The translations under genes were made by a program, and so were the position numbers. A stretch of 64,000 bases of DNA from Eledone cirrhosa. Its lineage: Eukaryota. Positions within the stretch are counted from its first letter, which is position 1, and every line of letters begins with the position of its first letter. The stretch spans positions 210,862,001-210,926,000 of the forward strand of contig OZ024742.1 in the NCBI GenBank assembly GCA_964016885.1, in the 5' to 3' direction. Below, in pieces: positions 26,690 through 38,880 of this stretch. The notes beneath the pieces are model-generated. The model saw only the letters and a list, made by a program, of their open reading frames with translations, was not told the DNA's origin and ran no database searches.

Positions 26690-27042
26690 TGTAGCAGGGG
26701 GCGTTGCAGGAAGTATAAGGGTCGGTGATGTCATGGTCCTGAATGTGCCGTGCCGGAAGCAGGTGGACAGAGTGACATCATGTAACGGGAAGTAGCAGCA
26801 GAGTTAGGGGCTCTTTCTCCCCATCTCGCTATTAGTTGGTTGGGGAAGAAGGACGTGGCTTTTGCTCTGTGTGCTGGGGTTATATGTTTATACATTCTGG
26901 CCAGAGGGTGGGCAGGGTGTTCACAGGCACAGATATACCCCATTCTGGACAAGATCAGTTAGTGACATCTGTTGAGGTAGGTGAGGTATGTTTTCCCCCA
27001 TCCCCTGTACCACATACCAGTACATCAGAAATTGTATCTACA
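26690..27042. mobile_element. Possible solo LTR
   Basis: GC-richer island bounded by TGTAG...CTACA with ATG on both flanks. Confidence 0.4.
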
Positions 27043-28191
27043 ATGTAAATTTCATTCATTAGTTGTAGAAATTACATTAGATTCTTGAGTAACATATATG
27101 ACATTATCCTGATTAATATTATTCTTTATCAATATTAAATTGGAAGGAACAATGAAAACTTTTCTGAATTTATGTTTAGCTTGCCACAAACTAAATGAAA
27201 TTACTCAGTAAATTACTGAAATGTTCTGAATAGGACAAATATAGGGTTTAGTCTTTTAGTATATAAATACAATTTATATAAAAAGTCATATTACAAAAAA
27301 AGGGAGCCTTAAAAAAGGCAAAATATTGTTATTACATGACTATATAAAATCTTTTCTTTATTTCTCAAATCATCCAAACAAGGAGTTTGGAAATTTGGGA
27401 GAGTTGTTTTCCTGACAAGAGAATATAGTTTGAGAGATTGAAAATATTGTAAGCACAATTCACAGATGACTTCTGAGAACAGTCACATTTAGAACACTTG
27501 CCTTGTGACTCTTGACAAAATATTTCATTCAGTACATTCATTTCTTCTCATAAACGGGATCTTATTATTCATAATAGTGTTAATTGATACTAAATTACAA
27601 TACTTTGCAAATATTAAAAATTCATGCATAGATCATATCTGTTTGATCCTTCCAAGTAGTATACCATTTATATAGCAAGTAGTAACATTCCATTACTAAC
27701 ATTAACGTTATCCTAATATAAAGAACCTGATGAAGCCCACTAAATAAATTAGTTGAAACATTATCATCAACTGTATTTGATCTCATCAATCTTGGAGATC
27801 CTGCAAAAGCTATGCATACAGCACCTTTCCCCAGATCAAACTTTAAAAAATCATATCATCAGTATGACATGCAAAAAAATAGATATAACTCAGTGTGCAA
27901 CACTTTTCATTAAAAATATAAAATATTGATTTCTTGCAAATTAATGAAAACATTATCAATGAATTAAGATTATACATAAATAATCTTAAATTTTGCACTA
28001 CACTTAAGAGTTCCTACAAAAATATTATCAGTTCAATTACTATGCAGTGTATAGAAAATAATGTTTTAGACTTTTGCCTTATATGTGTTGTTAAACACTG
28101 GCCTCTTTTTCTATTTTTTCCCCCTTTTCATGCCTATTGATTTCATATATTAATATGACATTATTTTATGGGTTATTTTATTTTTTTTCAG

Positions 28192-28378
28192 AAATATTTT
28201 ATTGAATTATGCCATTGCTAATCCCCGTATGGGCTATACACAAGGCATGAGTGATTTGTTAGCCCCTGTTTTAGCAGAAATTCAACATGAAGTTGATGCC
28301 TATTGGTGTTTTGTTGGATTAATGCAACGAACCATCTTCGTTAGCTCACCAAAAGATTGTGATATGGATAGACAGTTG
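28192..28378 (+). CDS. TBC1D16: TBC1D16 exon with the glutamine-finger motif
   Basis: ttcag|A...TTG|gtaagg; ILLNYAIANPRMGYTQGMSDLLAPVL (YxQ motif). Confidence 0.95.
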
Positions 28379-29041
28379 GTAAGGTTTACCTAAATATTTT
28401 AGTTTTTTAATAGAAGTTAGTTTATTAATCAACTTTCAATTATTAACTGCATAAACTAGTTTTTTTTAATAGTCAGGGTGATTGTGGATCTGCAGGCTTC
28501 CTCAATTAACCTTGGGTAACCCACTCTCTGTACCAGGAAGACTGAATTGAATGTTTCATATAAGTGTGTACCATGTATACTATGCAAGAACTTGTATATT
28601 TGTTACTCATTTTTTCCTTATTTCTGTTTAAACCCCACCTTAATGTTATAACTTGTTTTTGTGATGTGTCTTTCATCCGATGCCATTGTGACAAATAAAA
28701 GAAATCATCATCATTGTTATTATTATTATTACAAGATTAGGGCAACACCTTCTCCTTCTTTCTGTCTCACACACTCTCTTTCTCTCTCTTTAAACAAATG
28801 ATGTTCCTTTTCTCTCTCTATTTATGTACATCTCTTTTGCTTAGCACTCCCCCTCTAGATGAGGGCGACATCATAACTTTCTGTCTATCTACTTTTTTCT
28901 GTCACCTCAAAAACTCATGGCATTCCCTTTTCTCTCTCTATGTATATATCTCTCACTTGGCACCCCTTCCCCATATATAAAGTGAGCATGGCAGACGGAC
29001 AGACACCACTCTTATTATAATATAGTTTATTATTGTTATTG

Positions 29042-29232
29042 AGGGCGGTGGATTGGCAGTATCGGTAGAGGGTCGGACTCCATGCTTTCCAGCATAGTTG
29101 CGTCCCTTTACGATCTGAGTTCAAATCCCGCCGAGGTTGACTTTGCCTTTCATCCTTACGGGGTCGATAAAATAAAGTACCAGTAATGCACTGGGTAATT
29201 GCTGGCCTTGTGCCTAAAGTAGAAACAATTAT
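29042..29232 (+). mobile_element. Young full-length family-A SINE whose tail grades into the polypyrimidine tract of the next exon
   Basis: Near-consensus sequence. Confidence 0.88.
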
Positions 29233-29303
29233 TGTTATTGTTGTTGCTGTTATTAATATTATTATTATTATTACCATTATCATTTCATTTTATTCCATTT
29301 CAG

Positions 29304-29401
29304 AACTATTTGCGAGAACTATTACACCTGATGCAGCCTTCTTTCTATGAACACCTTGAAAAACTTGGAACTGATGCCATGGAACTACTTTTCTGTCATC
29401 G
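29304..29401 (+). CDS. TBC1D16: TBC1D16 exon
   Basis: ttcag|AAC...CG|gttaat; NYLRELLHLMQPSFYEHLEKLGTDAMELLFCHR. Confidence 0.93.
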
Positions 29402-30464
29402 GTTAATTAGTTTGCTTCTTTTTTGTTGTTTCATTTTTTTCTATTTTGTTTCAAATGGTTTTTATGATGAAAAAATTCACATTATTTTCCCTTACACTAT
29501 ATTGTAGAGTATTGTAGAATACGTCAAAGGCATAATTTGATCAACTCCTGGTTTAAATATTTGTTTAAAATATATAGGTTTTAGTAGCCAGTCCACCCTT
29601 TAAGGTTGTTGGTATTTGGAAGGACATCCAGCCATAGAAAACCAAGCCAGAAGAATTGGATGACCTGTTTAGTCTCATAATGTAACAACTTGGAAATAGT
29701 CATTAAATGGTGGTGATGATGATTCTCTAAAATATTAAAAACAAATGCTGTTAATGTGTCAGTAATTTATACAATAAAACTGTCAACAATACATCATTTA
29801 TCTAAATAAGTGTATCTGATGCAGACAGTGAGGGAAGTATTTAATTTACTGAAAAACTCCCAATAATTGAAACTAGTCTGTCAAATCCTTCTTTTTTGAT
29901 CCACAGTGAAATTGTATACAAACAATTACAGTCCAGTATCATCATTATCGTTTAATGTTCATTTTCCATGCTAATATGGGTTAGATGAGTTGTCTTGTTG
30001 AGACAAGTCAGATCAGGTGACCGTGTCTTGCTCATACAGAACTGATTCATGCTAGGTTTCTAACACCAACTACATTTACAGTATGGACTGGGTGCTTTTT
30101 CTCTTATTGGAAAAATTTGTTGTTGTTTTTTTTTGTTTTTTTTACATGAAAGCAAAGTATTTGTTAGCAACTCAAAACTCAATAAGGAAATCTGGAGCTT
30201 TTTCATATTTTGTCATACATCAAATAATGATTCATTGAGTTTATTCATTCCTAAAGACTAATAGATATACAAAATAAATTTGTATTTTTCTATACATTAA
30301 ATAAAAAAACATATCGAAAACTATCTAAAATCTTTAATGAGTTGTTGAGTTTCCATAAAATGCATTACCTTCATGTAGTAGGTATATGAAAGTAAATTAG
30401 AAGGTAGATTTTGTAAATGGCAGATGCACAGAAGCACAGAAGCAATTCGCAGTAAGAGTACATA

Positions 30465-30790
30465 TGAAAAGAATGCTCCCTAGAAGTAGTTGATAGCTTT
30501 TGTTACTTAGGTGACCTAATTAGCAGTGGAGATGAGTGTTCTGAAAGCATAGAACCCAGAATAAGAACAGGTTGAGGGGAAAGTTTAGAAAGGTGTTACC
30601 TCTGCTGGCAACAAACAATTTCAATATCAAAGTAAAGGACATATTGTATAATGCTTGTATATGAAATATAATGCTCCATGGTAGCAAGATGTAGAACTTG
30701 AATGCAGAGTATTTGCGAATTCTAGAAAGAAGTGATGTATGCATACTCCATTGGATATGTAATGTTAGTGTGCATGAACAATGCAGCACA
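30465..30790 (+). mobile_element. Degenerate RTE LINE fragment
   Basis: Decayed FCYLGDLISSG..SESIE...MLHGS..LERSD. Confidence 0.6.
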
Positions 30791-31009
30791 AATGACGATG
30801 ATATGTACCAAATGAAAGTCAACTCAGCAAAGTATATCCTTTTCCAAACTATGAACTCTCTCCAGAAATAAGACTCATGGAGTAAATGAATTTTAACAGA
30901 CACAATATTATAGGGTCTTACCAGCAATCTACAACACTCATACCTTTAAGGTAAAAAAACACAGTTAAAAGTTTTATTTTTTTACTTAACATTCTTTTCT
31001 GTTTTGTAG

Positions 31010-31238
31010 ATGGATATTGCTGTGTTTCAAACGAGAATTTCCAGAAATAGATGCTCTACGTATATGGGAGTCTTGCTGGGCCCACTACCAAACTGACTAC
31101 TTTCATTTATTTATTTGTGTGGCTATTGTGAGTACCTACGGAGAAGATGTTGTTGAGCAATGTTTGCCTGAAGATGAGATTCTTTTACACTTTAGCAGTT
31201 TGGCAATGCATATGAATGGTGATTTAGTGTTACGAAGG
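31010..31238 (+). CDS. TBC1D16: TBC1D16 exon
   Basis: tgtag|A...AGG|gtaagg; WILLCFKREFPEIDALRIWESCWAHYQTDYFHLFICVAIV. Confidence 0.95.
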
Positions 31239-31620
31239 GTAAGGACATTTTCTAAGTTAAATACTTGATTAGAAGCTTCTATCTTTTGAATTTCTTCTAT
31301 TTATATGATATCATTCATAATATGTAAACCATATATGAATATCCAAATAAGTCACAGAGTGGGTTAGTGTAAAAAGTGTGTAAAATTTGTGCTATAAATA
31401 GGTCCCAGATTTTGTAGTTTTTAACCCTTTAGCATTTAAACCGGCCGTATCCGGCCAGAATTCTCTTATCTCTTTCTGTTCAAACCAGCTGTAACTGGCC
31501 AGTCATACTGATGTTCAGGTATTGTTCTTAAAATCTCGTAGATTCAATATTATGTGAGGTAAAGCCGTTACCTTGAAAATACAATAGTAAATATAGAGTA
31601 ATGTAAATGCTAAAGGGTTA

Positions 31621-34600
31621 TGTGGTTAGAAAAAGCTATCTCACTTACCGCTTTTCATAGGCGCCGCTAAACCCCACTGCTGGTTTCTCCTCTTCCACGT
31701 GCGTCCAACTCATTAACACCGGGAGCTGCCAAAACTCGCGTCCACACCATTGCTGGTCACCACTAGAGACAGGCCGATCTGCTGGCCCTTCCGGTCGAGC
31801 AGTCCCCTGCTTCCGGCCACTGCACGCCACACCATACCCACACGCCCCCCTGATCTCAAGGATCAATTTCCCCCTCGTCCTTCTGAATATGAAAGTCTGC
31901 TGTCCAGGTTGGTGGTTTGCGATCTCCGCAGTGTCCGCAGTGTTGGGGCGGCACTTTGGGTTTCCTCTTCCTCAGAGTCCGTTGACACAGTGATTCTACG
32001 GACATCCAGGACATGATGTGGTACTCCGTCCACGGACACATTGTTCTGAGAATTTACGGCCGTCACCGTTCCCCTTCCCCATTGAGATGTGCAACGTGCA
32101 TCTGGGGGCTTAACCCAGACTTCTTCGCCCACCTGCACGAATGCACTCTCTCTCCCCACTGGCCGTTGTGGTGGCGTGCGCGGGTGCCGCCACTCGTATC
32201 TGAATACTGCTCTGTGTGGCACCGATTCCTCGACCTGTCCCACCCAAGGGGACATGTTGTACCAGAACACTGCCTCCATTGGTGAGATATGGCCCCGCTC
32301 TGCCATTACCTTGAACGTCCGGTGGTGTCGCTCCACAATTCCATTCCCGCTCGGCCTGTGCGCTGCTCTGAAGAAACGGTCCACCTTCCATCCATCGAGC
32401 ATCTCTCTCAGCGCCTCCGAGCGGAGCGCTGCGCTGTTGTCCATCAGCAGTTCATCCACAGGGCCCCACTCCAAGAACACCTCTCTCAACATCCGCATGA
32501 TTTCCTCGGCCGTTCCAGTCTTCATCTCCCTCCATATCGCCATCCGTCCTGGTCCACAGTCGACCATCGAGAGGTACGTTCCCTGTCGGTAGTGCGTTAC
32601 ATCCACCGCCAATCGCTTCCAGTCGCGATCCACCGGGAGGCTTCCCGTTTCGTGCACACCCGGGGCGGGATCAATGGACTGACATCGGACGCAGCCTCTA
32701 ACCACCCTTTGAACACTGTGTCTGCTAACGTCCGAGTCGATTCTCCTGGCTAGGAACAGGCTCCTATCCACTCCCATGTGGTGCATGTCATGCAACCCTT
32801 TCAGATCCGACTCGGTCAGCCGACACACGGCAGCTATCTCATCTTCTACCTCCTCCGGCGCTTCCATCCAGGCTTTCTTCACCCTAGTTAAGACGTCCGC
32901 CTTATTTTTCTCTGGGGACACGAAAACTACGCTCAGCCTCAGGTCGAACTCGGTGGCCAGCTCTCCTAAAGTTCCCAGGCGGCGCTTTATCAGTATCTCC
33001 GCCGCCCCTCTCATTCTCACTCTCTTCTCACTAGTGAGCACTGATCTCACCCATCCGAGTACAGTAGCCGAGTCGGTGCGTATCTCGATGGTGCGCAGTC
33101 CCCACCTCAGGGTGAGGTTCACCCCTATCAACACTGTGTCCAGTTCGGCCACATTGATGTGGTTGCAGTCGTCCTTCCTAAGCCAGGCTGCATCCTCGAC
33201 CTCAACACCTGCTATCTCCAACGTGACACCCAGCGCTATGCTGCTGGCATCGCACCATACGGTCCCGCTCTACGATTTGGGAACATACCAGCGTCCCTTC
33301 ACTGGATCATCGGCCTTCACGATCTCCTGCATCATGGTCACCGTCCTCTCTCCCACTCTGTCACTCCAAGTCACTCCTCCCACTCGTCTCTTGACATAGC
33401 TGCATGCCGTCCGGAGCCACCCAGCAATCAGGTAATGGCCCACCAACTTTCCACACACCGAGAAAAGCTCCCGCCTACTCATACTTGGGCCCAGTTCTGA
33501 AATACCAAGACGCTCGTGCTGTCTCGCCATAGCCTAAGTCCCAGCGCGGCTCCTCCCTCCAACGCTTCTGACGGCTTCGCAGCCAGTCAATACCTCTGTA
33601 AATGGCTTGTGACCTCCGCCGCCGACACCACTGACTCGTCCACTAGGATGTCATCAATGTAGGAGTTAGTGGCCCTCTTCATCTTGTCGGCCTTTCCCAG
33701 AATGGTCTTGAGGACCGCCGCCATGATCTTCGGTGCGGAGCTCAGCCCGAAACCGAGCCTGGTCAGATATCCGTGACCTTGCCACCCGTGTGGCATGACA
33801 CGTGCTCGTTCAGCTCCCGAAAGTCCAGCACCGGCCTCACCTTGTTCTTCGTGGGTTGCACCACCGCCATTAACGGCAATACTCCGCACTTCACCTCTTT
33901 CCAGGGAAGCAGTGTGCCCTCCTCAATCCATCTCTCTACCTCTCGCTCGAACTCGCTCCTAATGTTTCCCTTCAATGTGTGTTGATAGCAGCCCACTTTG
34001 GTTTTCAGTGTTGGTGGTTCTCCCTTCCAGTACCACTCAACAACCCATCGCTGCCCATCAAACACGGCCTTGAAGTCTTTGTCCTGCACAGTGTAAGCTG
34101 GGTATTTCTCCTCGTGGGCCTTCTGGTTCTCTTGTCGCATACCGATGCAGTGGCGCCAAACGACACACCGACGTTGTTCACTGTGACGCCTCCTAGATGG
34201 CCAATTGCGTCCATGCCTATAACCACGCCGATCCCATCCACCACACTGTCTCCGATGGCAGAAAGCCTTATTTTCCTTCCCCGTACCGCTATTTCCATCT
34301 CGCTGCGACCTCGGCATTCAATTTTCCTGCCGTCGACTGCCCTTACGCTGCTCTTCCCTCTCCACCTCTGCAGTACCAACGCGTCCCCCTCGAGGTACAG
34401 TGCCATGAGGCCAGCCACATCTATCTTCTGTAAGCTTGCGACCAGCCGGACTTTTCGCAGCCAAGCGACAACATCACCTTCACCGGTAAATGCCCCGATC
34501 GCTTCGCTTGTTCGTAGTCTCGTCACCATATCCTAATTTGTCTTGCGGTACGTGATAAAAAAAACAACAGACTCCTCTCTGTTTTTCCAGTAGCTTTTTT

Positions 34601-34910
34601 TTTTTTTTTTTTTTTTCTTCTTCAATCAGATCTCAGTTTCCAGTGCCGAAATAGCTTGTGGTTAGAAAAAGCTATCTCACTTACCGCTTTTCATAGGCAC
34701 CGCTAAATCCCACTGCTGGTTTCTCCTCTTCCACGTGCGTCCAACTCATTAACACCGGGAGCTGCCAAAACTCGCATCCACACCGTTGCTGGTCACCACT
34801 AGAGAGAGGCCGATCTGCTGGCCCTTCCGGTCGAACACCCTTCCGGCCAAGCACCCTTCCAGTCGAGCACTCCCCTGCTTCCGGCCACTGCACGCCACAC
34901 CATACCCACA
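31621..34910 (-). mobile_element. Compact Gypsy-like LTR retrotransposon 1 (internally deleted): 5' LTR 34657-34910, 3' LTR 31621-31842, 5-bp TSD GGTTA
   Basis: TG...CA LTRs; PPT GAGATCAGGGGGGCG; RT (RPVLDFRELN, YIDDILV), RNase H (WCDAS) and integrase (HHCC, DVT..DNS..ERHH) in ORF 31863-33221. Confidence 0.93.
34645..34656 (-). promoter_or_regulatory. Non-canonical primer-binding site AGCTATTTCGGC (complementary to tRNA-Phe nt 1-12)
   Basis: Directly abuts the terminal CA of the 5' LTR; the plus strand reads GCCGAAATAGCT, the 5' end of metazoan tRNA-Phe(GAA). Confidence 0.7.
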
Positions 34911-34989
34911 GGTTAAACAAATAAGAAATGAATTTCTTCCTGGATAGGGCACAGGTAACAGCCAAAATACCAAGAATAACTAACCAGAT

Positions 34990-35230
34990 GAACTAAGGTT
35001 GGACAGGTCCTTTTCAGCACTGCATCTCTCCACTTGACACATTCCTTCATCATCTCCTCCGTGAGTCTCAGTGATTTGAGATCAGCTCTCACCACCTCTG
35101 CCCAGGTCTTCCTTGGTCTATCTCTTCTACAGCTGCCTTCCACTTTGATTTCCTGACACTTCTTCACCCAGCGATCATCAACCATGCACATCACATGCCT
35201 GTACCAATGCAGTCTTCTGTCTTGCACACC
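34990..35230 (-). mobile_element. RTE LINE 3' fragment
   Basis: QDRRLHWYRHVMCMVDDRWVKKCQE...RPRKTW. Confidence 0.75.
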
Positions 35231-35493
35231 ACTTCTGATTCAGGGTTGATAAATAAAATACCATTTCAGGGCAATGTAGGGCTAGAATTGTTAGAGCATC
35301 AACACAATTTTTGTGTTCGGAGTTCAAATTCTATCTGTTATCACTGGTTTAAATCAACAACCACACCAACAACAAAACTTCTTCTTCTCTTTTGACTACT
35401 TATTCTCAGGAATAATATTTATATTATTTTAATGTTTAACATTTTAACTAATGTGTTTGTTAGTGCAATTCAACATTTTTTTCTTCATTTTAG

Positions 35494-35697
35494 GCTCGTG
35501 GACTTTTGCACCAATTTCGAAAAATTCCCAAGATTCCTTGTACTTTGCACGGACTTTGCTCCCTTTGTGGTACTGGAATGTGGGACAGTGGTCATGTACC
35601 TATTGTTGAATGCATTGGTAACCATAGTGATGATGAAGAAAGCTGTCCTTATAACAGTGCACCTTCAACTCCTATTTGTTCCTTAGATTATAACTGA
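35494..35697 (+). CDS. TBC1D16: TBC1D16 last coding exon
   Basis: tttag|GCT; ARGLLHQFRKIPKIPCTLHGLCSLCGTGMWDSGHVP...DYN*; several AATAAA follow at about 36059-36140. Confidence 0.92.
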   Translation, partial: ARGLLHQFRKIPKIPCTLHGLCSLCGTGMWDSGHVPIVECIGNHSDDEESCPYNSAPSTPICSLDYN

Positions 35698-37899
35698 CCT
35701 AAAAGCAGACAGACAAAATAATTTATTGGCAGCTGACTGGCGAAAATGCCGACAAATTTACTCAATATATTTAATTGTTAAACTGTGGTTATAAAAAACA
35801 GCATGAAACCTTTTCGCTTACAACTTCTACGGAGAATATTTTAATTTTCCTCACGGATTCTTTACTTTTTATCTTTTTTTTTTAATCCATTGATCTATCT
35901 CAAAATAACTTACTTATTCACTTTTCATTTTGTCATAAATTTCTTGGTGTCTTCATTAATATAAAGGTGCTGCAAATTAAAGAGAATTATACATTCTTTC
36001 TAACTCCTATTTATTGTTATATCAAAACAGTATCTTTGTCTTCTTCTGACCATTTCACAATAAAATACTATACTTTTCTTTTTTTTAAATAAATTGTTTC
36101 AGATACAAAATCAATAATAGAATTTATCAAATTTAATAAAGAAACAAAAACTAATGAAAACAAGCCAACATTGAAAAGAAAAATTCTATGAACATTATTA
36201 AGATTATTGCTTGGCAAGTTTTATTTATGATATTTGATAGGATCAAAATAGAATGCAGAGAAAAATATATAATGTGTAACCTCTGCAATTTTTCATTGTC
36301 ATAGATATATGTGAAAGCCTAATTGCCACAACAAAAGGTCTGCCATCTGATTGTGATTCTGGAAGTAAATTTAAAAAATGGAGCTAAAAAAATTATCAGA
36401 TTCTATAATGATAAACACAAGTACCACTATCTAAATATTTGAAACCATTAAATTAACAACACACCCAGCAACTACAAATATAGTTGGTTTTAAGTCAGAA
36501 CATCCTTCTCTCCTGTGTATTGACATAAACCTCTAAATACACATGCACACACATATATTCGTTTTTACGTGCGTTTTTCCACACTATCATATATATATAC
36601 ACAAACATATACACACTATTGGATGGTCACTGAATCTCCTAAGTTCATCTGACAGGTTTTGATTTTTGTCATACAGGGTGTCAAAAATCCTTCTCCTTAC
36701 CAAACAGGCTTTCCTGAGTTACATATTACCAGTAGTTGTGATCTTCCATTCAGCAACGCAGACAATCGAAGAATCATAATACCGTTGCTGGTAACATGTA
36801 AACCAGTAAAGCCTGTTGCATAGTCAGCTTACCATTAACTAAACTGGAGTCATGGTGGTCATGTCATATTGGTGTATAACTTCATCATCATGAGAGCCTT
36901 TGATGGGAAGATACTGCATATTTAAAGGGAAGTAGGGGTAGGATACAGCAGGTGTTTATACTTCATAAGTTGACAGCCATCATAGAAACTCTTAAAGATT
37001 AAAAGAATGTATTTAATCAAAAAGAAGGTACAGTGCATATTTTATCTAAATATACTTAGTGGCAACCGTATATTTATATCTTCCTGTATTAACCCTTTAG
37101 CATTTACATTACTCTGTATTTACTATTGTATTTTCATGGTAAAGGCTTTCCCTCATAATTATCTCACATGATATTGAATCAATGAGATTTTGATATTATT
37201 CATTTTGAGAACAATACCTCAACATTGGTATGGGTGGTCAGCTACAGCCATTTGAACAGAAAGAGGTGAGAAAATTATGGCTGGATCCGTTAAGTCCACA
37301 TCTGTTCACACAACTAGTAATGGTTACAAAATATTTATATTATAACTATGTACTAGTTTCAATGTGGGACTACTAACAACATTAGTCATTAATCAAAACT
37401 TTTCTACAGCTGCTGAGATGTGTCACATAACTCTGCTTGTCTGTATTCCAGCTGGTTACACTACTACATTGTGATCTGTGTAATTGGCTGCAAGGACAGC
37501 CTGTTTCAAAAAGAATTTCTCAACAATATGCACAATAAAAAGCATCCAGACCACTTTATAAGGTGGTATGACAAAAAGTACCCGGTCCACACTGTAAGGT
37601 AGTCATGCTGGTAACATGATGAAAATGTTCCCAGTCCAACCTGACGGTTGTTTTGGTGCTACAATAAAAAGCACCTAGTCCATGTTGCAAATGTGGTTGG
37701 CATTAGGGAGGGTATCCAGCCATAGAAATCAAACCAGAAAAAGTTCTGTATGAGAAAGACATGGTCACCTGATCTAAATTATTTCACAATGGGACAGCTC
37801 GTCTAATCCATGCCAGCATGAAAGATGGATGTTAAACAGTGATGATGATGATGATGCATACGTCCCAATTTTCCAAAAACATTTTAACCATACCATTAA

Positions 37900-38880
37900 T
37901 CATCAGTGATGTGATTGTGAATTGTTCTACTGCATAAGTTAAAATGGACTTATTGAAACAAAGCTGTTGGAGTCGAATGTTCACCACATCATGAAGATCT
38001 TAAATGAAACTGGTGGATATTTTGACCACACATTATCAAGGCAACCACAAAAAAAAATAATGAAAGAATGGACTGATGTATTCATTATTTGTTAAAGAAA
38101 ATTAAAAAATGACTGCCATTGATATTTTGAACAATGTTTAACAGGAACACATACAGATTTGTGTTACAATCATAAAAATTATTTGAGCTTGTAAAAAAAT
38201 TTTACATTTCTTTATAAAATTAATCTGCCTACATTTAGTTCACAGAGGAACATAAGAACTGAACGTTGTCAAACTGGTAAAAACCCTGTGGGTAGATGAA
38301 ATGAAATTTATTTTGTTCAGATCAAACAGTGAAGTGTACATTCAACATTGTAGAGGAGAAGAAATACATCCTGAGTGCCTGAATCTGAGAGTTAAGCTTA
38401 GCAGTAGTAATGTCATGGTTTGGGGCTGCGTGTAAGACAAAGGAGTCAGTCCCATACATCAGATTGTGAGCATTGTGAACAGTACAACCTATCTGAAGAT
38501 CTTGGAGACAATATGCTAAGTCAGTTAGGTCAATGGATTTTGAAAATAACCCAAAGCCTTTGCAGGAATAATCAAGGAATTTATCAAAAATAGAACCAAC
38601 AGAGGGCTACAGTTTCCAGCACAATACTTTAATTCTTACTGGAAACTTATGGAAACAAGTTGACATGAGTATTCAACAAAAGTAATCCAGGAAGTTGAGT
38701 CTTTTTCTTTGCCCACTTATTTCCAGGAGGGTCGTGGATGCAGTGTCCTCAAGCATGCCTTCCAGCAAGTCCTGTCAGAGTGAATTGCATAATGATATAA
38801 TGAAAAAAAAATGGGAAGAAATTCAAGATAATGTCATCTAAATTATAGACACATTGTTTTGTAGATGTGGTTTTGAATAC
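37900..38880 (+). mobile_element. Degenerate Tc1/mariner transposase remnant
   Basis: Decayed WVDEMKF...GEEIHPECLNLRVK..SNVMVWGC...VNSTTYLKILE. Confidence 0.65.

Noticed and set aside
27726-27770. CTGATGA...GAAAC hammerhead-like core
   Set aside because: Stems I and III cannot be formed; at best a decayed relic
32013-34536. Numerous 90-200 aa + strand ORFs (and the antisense ORFs over 47.4-51.7 kb, 10669-11115 and 22386-23010)
   Set aside because: Antisense or alternative-frame shadows of GC-richer retroelement coding sequence
36620-36980. More GC-balanced patch downstream of TBC1D16
   Set aside because: Probably an old TE fragment, but no diagnostic motif could be read
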